Of a stretch of 64,000 nucleotides of DNA, positions 59,187-64,000 are shown piece by piece (position 1 is the first letter of the stretch; the number at the start of each line of letters is the position of its first letter). Made by a program: the position numbers and the translations under genes. Source of the stretch: Minisyncoccota bacterium (GTDB taxonomy: Bacteria > Patescibacteriota > Minisyncoccia > Phycocordibacterales > UBA918); contig JAWKSP010000002.1 in NCBI GenBank assembly GCA_041389025.1, positions 184,079 through 248,078 of the forward strand, read 5' to 3'. Below the pieces are notes generated by a model that was not told the DNA's origin, searched no databases, and worked only from the letters and a program-made list of their open reading frames with translations.

Positions 59187-59807
59187 CTAGGCTTTAAGTA
59201 CAACCACTTCTCCCTCCATTACAGATACATCTTTTCTTTTTATGGTTAATTTATCTACCGCTTTTTGCCCTTCTACACCAGCCTCCTTCAAGAAGGCTTT
59301 GAGTGCAGTATTGTCGTAATGCATCGGTATAATAGCTTTTGCCTCTAGCTTTACTGCCAATTTATAAGCCTGTGGCACATCAAGCACATCATCACCACCA
59401 ATTGGTAAAAACAACACATCCACATCACCGATCTCACCTAATATTTTAGGATCAATTTCTGCTGAACTTAAAGCACCTAGAAAAACCAAATTTATATCTT
59501 CCAGTCTAACTTGATAAATAGTGTTGTAGCGATCTACTTTTTCATAAACAGTTTTCACCCCAAAACCTCGAGCAGTAACATGACCAAACTCATATTCTCC
59601 AGGCCCATTTACGACAAATGGTTCTTTACTACCATGTGCTACCTGATCTACTCCATTGAAATTTGGATGATTTAAAGACACAAAAGCAAAGTCTGATCCA
59701 AACTTAACCGGCGATAATTTTGATTTTTTAGAAATTGGGTCAAAAGCCAAAGTTGTATCGCCAAACGTAACTTTGAAGCACTGCCCTCCGTGATGCGTAA
59801 TTACCAT
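59187..59807 (-). CDS. MBL-fold metal-dependent hydrolase (UPF0173-like)
   Basis: MVITHHGGQCFKV start typical of the UPF0173 family; beta-lactamase-fold His/Asp pattern. Confidence 0.55.
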   Translation of the reverse strand: MVITHHGGQCFKVTFGDTTLAFDPISKKSKLSPVKFGSDFAFVSLNHPNFNGVDQVAHGSKEPFVVNGPGEYEFGHVTARGFGVKTVYEKVDRYNTIYQVRLEDINLVFLGALSSAEIDPKILGEIGDVDVLFLPIGGDDVLDVPQAYKLAVKLEAKAIIPMHYDNTALKAFLKEAGVEGQKAVDKLTIKRKDVSVMEGEVVVLKA

Positions 59808-59985
59808 AGTGCCACTATCATACTAGACTGGTGGATTTTGGCAAAACATAACAAAAGTAATGAAAGATATTTTCCTTTTAATTCAACTAGACTAATTGAT
59901 TATTTTATACTATATTACCCACACCTTTTGAGGTAATTATTAGTTCCTAGCGACACACGTTTAACCCTGTACTCACGCACATGGC

Positions 59986-61197
59986 GTGGATAGAAGCGGA
60001 AAAATCGAAGATTTTTCCGCTTCTATCCCTCGAGAATCGGTTGTACAGACGCGTGTCGTCGGAAAATTATATATAAAATTTATTATGTCAGATGACACAT
60101 CAGTAGCAGCTGCTTCTAACAGCGCTGTTATGCAATCATTTATTAACGACACTCCGGAAGCTCCTAAGGAAGGACAACTAGTCGAAGGAGTGGTTTCAGC
60201 TATTGGTCGCGCCCGCGTTTATGTTGACCTACCACCATTTGGTACTGGTCTTATTTTTGGTCGTGAGTTTATGAACGCTCGTGACGTACTACGAAAAGTT
60301 TCTGTTGGTGACACCATCGCCGCTAAGGTAGTAACTCCAGAAAACGAAGACGGTTACATTGAACTATCACTTAAAGAAGCTCGTCAGGCTTTAATCTGGG
60401 CTGATGCCGAAGAAGCAGTAAAACGTGGTGCAGTTATGAGTCTTGAAGTTAAAGAAGCCAACAAAGGTGGCCTTATCATTGACTGGCAAGGTATTCAAGG
60501 TTTCCTACCAGCTTCTCAACTATCAGCTGACAACTATCCTCGAGTATCTGATGGTGATAAAGATAAAATCTTAACCTCACTAAATAACTTGGTTGGTAAG
60601 CACTTAAGCGTAGTAATGATCACAGCTGACCAAAAAGAACACAAGCTGATCTTCTCAGAAAAAGGTCTACAAGAAAAAGAAGAGAAGGAAGAGAAAGTTG
60701 GTAAATATGAAGTTGGGGATGTCCTAACCGGTGAAGTAACCGGAGCAGTAGACTTTGGAGTATTTGTAAAAGTTGAACAAGGTCTCGAAGGATTAGTACA
60801 TATTTCTGAACTTGATTGGGGCTTAGTTGAAGATACTCGTACTCTATACAAGGTTGGTGATAAAGTAAAAGTAAAGGTAATAGAAGTTAAAGACGATAAA
60901 ATTTCACTATCAATCAAACAACTTAAGAATAATCCATGGGCAGAAGCTGGAAAGAAATATAAGAAGGACCAATTAGTAGACGCTGTAGTCATTAAATACA
61001 ACAAGCATGGTGCTCTAGCTTCAATCGAAGAAGGTGTAGCTGGCTTGGTACACGTATCTGAATTTGAAAATGAAGCAGCTCTAAAGAGCGCTTTGTCTCT
61101 AGGTAATGTATACAAATTTAAGATCACATTGTTTGAACCAAACGAACAAAAGATGACTCTTACCTACAAAGAAGCTAACGAAGAAGGGAGTAAATAA
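59986..61197 (+). CDS. rpsA: S1 RNA-binding domain protein (ribosomal protein S1-like, four S1 repeats); the real start may be the ATG at 60085
   Basis: Repeated S1 motifs GQLVEGVV, GDVLTGEVTGAVDFGVFVKV, GDKVKVKVIEV, VDAVVIKYNKHGALASI. Confidence 0.7.
   Translation: MDRSGKIEDFSASIPRESVVQTRVVGKLYIKFIMSDDTSVAAASNSAVMQSFINDTPEAPKEGQLVEGVVSAIGRARVYVDLPPFGTGLIFGREFMNARDVLRKVSVGDTIAAKVVTPENEDGYIELSLKEARQALIWADAEEAVKRGAVMSLEVKEANKGGLIIDWQGIQGFLPASQLSADNYPRVSDGDKDKILTSLNNLVGKHLSVVMITADQKEHKLIFSEKGLQEKEEKEEKVGKYEVGDVLTGEVTGAVDFGVFVKVEQGLEGLVHISELDWGLVEDTRTLYKVGDKVKVKVIEVKDDKISLSIKQLKNNPWAEAGKKYKKDQLVDAVVIKYNKHGALASIEEGVAGLVHVSEFENEAALKSALSLGNVYKFKITLFEPNEQKMTLTYKEANEEGSK
59988..60028 (+). promoter_or_regulatory. 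19-bp perfect hairpin that overlaps the first in-frame ATG of the S1 gene (candidate leader or translational-control structure)
   Basis: ggatagaagcggaaaaatc-gaa-gatttttccgcttctatcc; begins 2 nt after the ATG at 59986. Confidence 0.4.
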
Positions 61198-61206
61198 TAG
61201 ATAATA

Positions 61207-61245
61207 CACACAATACCCCGCGGCTACGCCGCGGGGTATTGTGTG
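61207..61245. terminator. bidirectional terminator hairpin between convergent rpsA and pth
   Basis: cacacaataccccgcgg-ctacg-ccgcggggtattgtgtg. Confidence 0.55.
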
Positions 61246-61255
61246 TAACACCACA

Positions 61256-61858
61256 TCAATTAACTTTATTCATTGCTTTCTCTACCCCACTTTCGATAAT
61301 TATTTTTAGAGCATTACTCACTTTATCCTTCACCTCTTCCAGCTTCTCAATCTCCTTTTTACTAAACTCCTTCAACACAAACTTTGGCAAAGCTCCACCG
61401 GTAGGACGTTTTGGTTTACCAGTCCAAAAACTGACTGACGCAATACCTACTCTCACCCGCACAAAATCCTTACTGCCAAGCGAACTGATTATCGACTTTA
61501 TTCCATTATGACCACCATCTCCTTTTCCTATCGATATCTTCACTTCTCCAACTGGTAAGTCGACATCATCATAAACCACCACTAACTTATCAACCTCCGC
61601 CTTGCTCACTAGTTTTTTGACCGCTGTACCGGAGTTATTCATAAAAGTCTCTGGATACAAGAGCATAATCTCTTCACCAGAAATAACCCCTCCCGAAATT
61701 CGTCCAGCTACCGAGGAATTAGAAACAGGACTTGGTAAACCAATTTTAGTAACAAAATAATCCAACATTAACCACCCCACATTATGTCTGGTATTTTTAT
61801 ACTTCTCTCCTGGATTTCCTAAACCAATGATGTAATGCATATTTGAAATATTGTACAT
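61256..61858 (-). CDS. pth: peptidyl-tRNA hydrolase
   Basis: IIGLGNPGEKYKNTRHNVGW signature. Confidence 0.85.
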   Translation of the reverse strand: MYNISNMHYIIGLGNPGEKYKNTRHNVGWLMLDYFVTKIGLPSPVSNSSVAGRISGGVISGEEIMLLYPETFMNNSGTAVKKLVSKAEVDKLVVVYDDVDLPVGEVKISIGKGDGGHNGIKSIISSLGSKDFVRVRVGIASVSFWTGKPKRPTGGALPKFVLKEFSKKEIEKLEEVKDKVSNALKIIIESGVEKAMNKVN

Positions 61859-61887
61859 TAAACCAGAGTTAAAGCTATAATTATTTA

Positions 61888-62670
61888 TTGATTCTTAGTT
61901 ATGTTATCCTTATCACTACCATGTCAGAACCAATTCTCAAAATTGAAAATTTAGTCAAAACCTACGGCCAAGGCGACAAAGCCAAGCTCGCAGTCGATAA
62001 TATTTCACTAAGTATCCCGAAGGGTAGCTTTTTTGGTCTTTTGGGACCAAACGGAGCCGGAAAAAGTACCACCATTCACTGTATTACCGGTATTTCGCAG
62101 CCAACCTCCGGACAAATATTTGTTGATGGTACCGATGTAGTAGAAGAGTATAAACTGGCTAGAACAAAAGTTGGACTCTCTCCTCAAGAATTTAATGTCG
62201 ATATCTTTTCAACCGCTGAAGAATTAATGCATTACATGGGTGGTTACTACGGAATAGAAAAAATTGAGCGACAGAAAAGAATTAATGAATTAATAAAACA
62301 ATTCGACCTAGAAGAACATCGCAATGTACGATTCCAAAAACTGTCTGGCGGACTTAAACGTCGCACCATGCTAGGGCGAGCTTTGGTGCATTTACCACAA
62401 CTTCTAATTCTCGACGAACCAACAGCTGGTGTTGACATCAAGCAACGTCACGACCTTTGGGCTTATCTAAAAGAAATTAACCGACAAGGCACCACTATTA
62501 TTCTCACTTCACATTACCTAGAGGAAATAGAATATCTTTGTAACGATATTGCTATCATAAATCACGGAAAGATAGTCGCTCACGACACAAAAGAAAACTT
62601 TATTAAAGATGGACAGAAGCTTGAAGACGCTTATTTAAAAATTACCAAAGAAAAAGTAACTGAAAATTAA
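61888..62670 (+). CDS. ABC transporter ATP-binding protein
   Basis: Walker A GPNGAGKST, signature LSGGLKRR, Walker B LLILDEPT. Confidence 0.85.
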   Translation: MILSYVILITTMSEPILKIENLVKTYGQGDKAKLAVDNISLSIPKGSFFGLLGPNGAGKSTTIHCITGISQPTSGQIFVDGTDVVEEYKLARTKVGLSPQEFNVDIFSTAEELMHYMGGYYGIEKIERQKRINELIKQFDLEEHRNVRFQKLSGGLKRRTMLGRALVHLPQLLILDEPTAGVDIKQRHDLWAYLKEINRQGTTIILTSHYLEEIEYLCNDIAIINHGKIVAHDTKENFIKDGQKLEDAYLKITKEKVTEN

Positions 62671-62672
62671 TT

Positions 62673-63440
62673 ATGAAAACAAATTGGATTGGTCTTTTCA
62701 CGATGTTTGAACGAGAGATAAAGCGTACCTTAAGAGTTGCTATCCAAACCTTGGCCGCACCGGTAATATCCGCTGCTCTCTATATATTTATATTTGGTCT
62801 AGTTATTGGTTCACAAATAACCGAAATCGCTGGGGTTTCATACATTGCTTTTGTCTTTCCTGGCATCTTGATGTTATCCGTCATTAATTCGGCTTTTGCT
62901 AGCTCTTCTTCTGCCCTTTATTTCATGCGTTTTACGCGTGGTATTGAAGAAATACTAATCACTCCTTTTTCATACCTTGAAATGTTAATCGGCTTTGTCG
63001 GTAGTGCTATTACACGCGCTATCTTAGTCTCACTTCTTATTCTAGTTGTAGGTGTTGTTTTTGGCGCTGTTTCTCTACTCCATCCAGTTTTATTTATATT
63101 ATATGTTAGTGCGATTGCCGCTATTTTTGCTATGCTTGGGATAATTGTGGCTTTATGGGCTGAAAATTTTGAACAGCTCCAAGTTCTCAATACTTTTGTC
63201 ATTACCCCTCTCACCTATCTAGGCGGAATCTTCTACTCCATTACTTTCTTGCCGGAAACCGCCGCTACTTTAACCGCCTTAAATCCTTTTTTTTACTTTG
63301 CTGACGCTGTAAGATACAGCATGATTGGCGTTAGCGAAGCTAACGCCACTATAGGTGTGGTTATAATCATCACATTAGTTTTTGGACTTGGTATTTTAGT
63401 GACACATCTTTTTAAAAAAGGATGGAAGATAAGGTCGTAA
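62673..63440 (+). CDS. ABC-2 type transporter permease
   Basis: Six TM helices; translationally coupled to the ATPase (ATG 3 nt after its stop). Confidence 0.7.
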   Translation: MKTNWIGLFTMFEREIKRTLRVAIQTLAAPVISAALYIFIFGLVIGSQITEIAGVSYIAFVFPGILMLSVINSAFASSSSALYFMRFTRGIEEILITPFSYLEMLIGFVGSAITRAILVSLLILVVGVVFGAVSLLHPVLFILYVSAIAAIFAMLGIIVALWAENFEQLQVLNTFVITPLTYLGGIFYSITFLPETAATLTALNPFFYFADAVRYSMIGVSEANATIGVVIIITLVFGLGILVTHLFKKGWKIRS

Positions 63441-63659
63441 TTTTTTAAAACTACTTGTTCCAGCAATTCGTCCTAGGAAGGGACGAATTGGGAACTAAAT
63501 TCATAATAGTCGTTACACTCCTTTATTCATTTATCCTTGGAGGGTCGAAACTAACATTGTGCCTGCCTAAAGAAAACATAGTCGCGCTGCGCGCTCCTTG
63601 TTTTCCTTAAAATTTGTTTTTACTTTTTGATTAAAGTATAATAGTAGAAATTTTGCTTA

Positions 63660-64000
63660 TGAATCTGTTTTCAAAAAAAGATAATGAGTTAGAAAAAACA
63701 TCTGACAAAGAATCTGAAACAGAAATTCACCACGTCGAAAAAGAAGAACATCCTATATTAGAAATAATTCGCTTCTCAATTATTGCCTTGATTATAGTAG
63801 TACCAATCCGGATGTTTATCGCCCAACCTTTTATCGTTTCCGGTGCCTCTATGGAAAATACCTTTCATACCGGTGAATACCTAATTATCGACCAAGTTAG
63901 TTATTACCTACATGAACCAAATCGCGGTGATGTTATTGTGTTTCGTTATCCTAAAGACCCATCCAAATTCTTTATTAAGAGAGTTATCGGTCTACCGGGA
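63660..64000 (+). CDS. lepB: signal peptidase I (truncated at the window end)
   Basis: TM anchor then SGASMENTF (S26 catalytic Ser box) and VIVFRYP / IKRVIGLPG box. Confidence 0.7.

Noticed and set aside
1-64000. CRISPR arrays, reverse transcriptase/DGR, integrase genes, rRNA
   Set aside because: No regularly spaced direct repeats, no RT or tyrosine/serine recombinase motifs and no rRNA-like conserved blocks were seen on either strand.

Overview
This 64 kb window is AT-rich and densely packed with mostly short genes. It looks like a reduced-genome bacterium in the Patescibacteria/CPR style; this is inferred from gene content and architecture (short DnaX, IF-2 without the long N-terminal region, many small membrane proteins), and no search was run. 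Supported housekeeping genes are dnaX, a PBP5/6-type D-Ala-D-Ala carboxypeptidase, a tRNA-dihydrouridine synthase, serS, dprA, topA, a short Rel (p)ppGpp synthetase/hydrolase, parB, miaA, clpB (frameshifted), an IscS/NifS-type cysteine desulfurase, infB-rbfA, gyrA, an S1-domain protein (rpsA-like), pth, an ABC-2 exporter pair and a partial lepB. Eight tRNA genes are present: Gln-CTG, Leu-CAA, Trp-CCA, Tyr-GTA, Cys-GCA, Leu-TAA, Lys-CTT and Leu-TAG. Several of them sit next to partial duplicates of their own ends or have the 3' acceptor built into long perfect hairpins. The accessory content is: (i) six paralogous two-TM pilin-like proteins (TrbC/VirB2 or T4SS-pilin style) in two clusters, two of them fused to peptidoglycan-hydrolase domains, and the first cluster is bracketed by tRNA-Trp and tRNA-Tyr; (ii) an orphan Doc/Fic-family toxin; (iii) an IS481-family insertion sequence with a frameshifted transposase; (iv) a methyltransferase-LRR-methyltransferase-SPFH gene string; (v) a vWA protein and small proteins driven by a consensus sigma-70 promoter; (vi) pseudogenes of clpB and of a SAM methyltransferase. 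No CRISPR array, reverse transcriptase or rRNA was seen.
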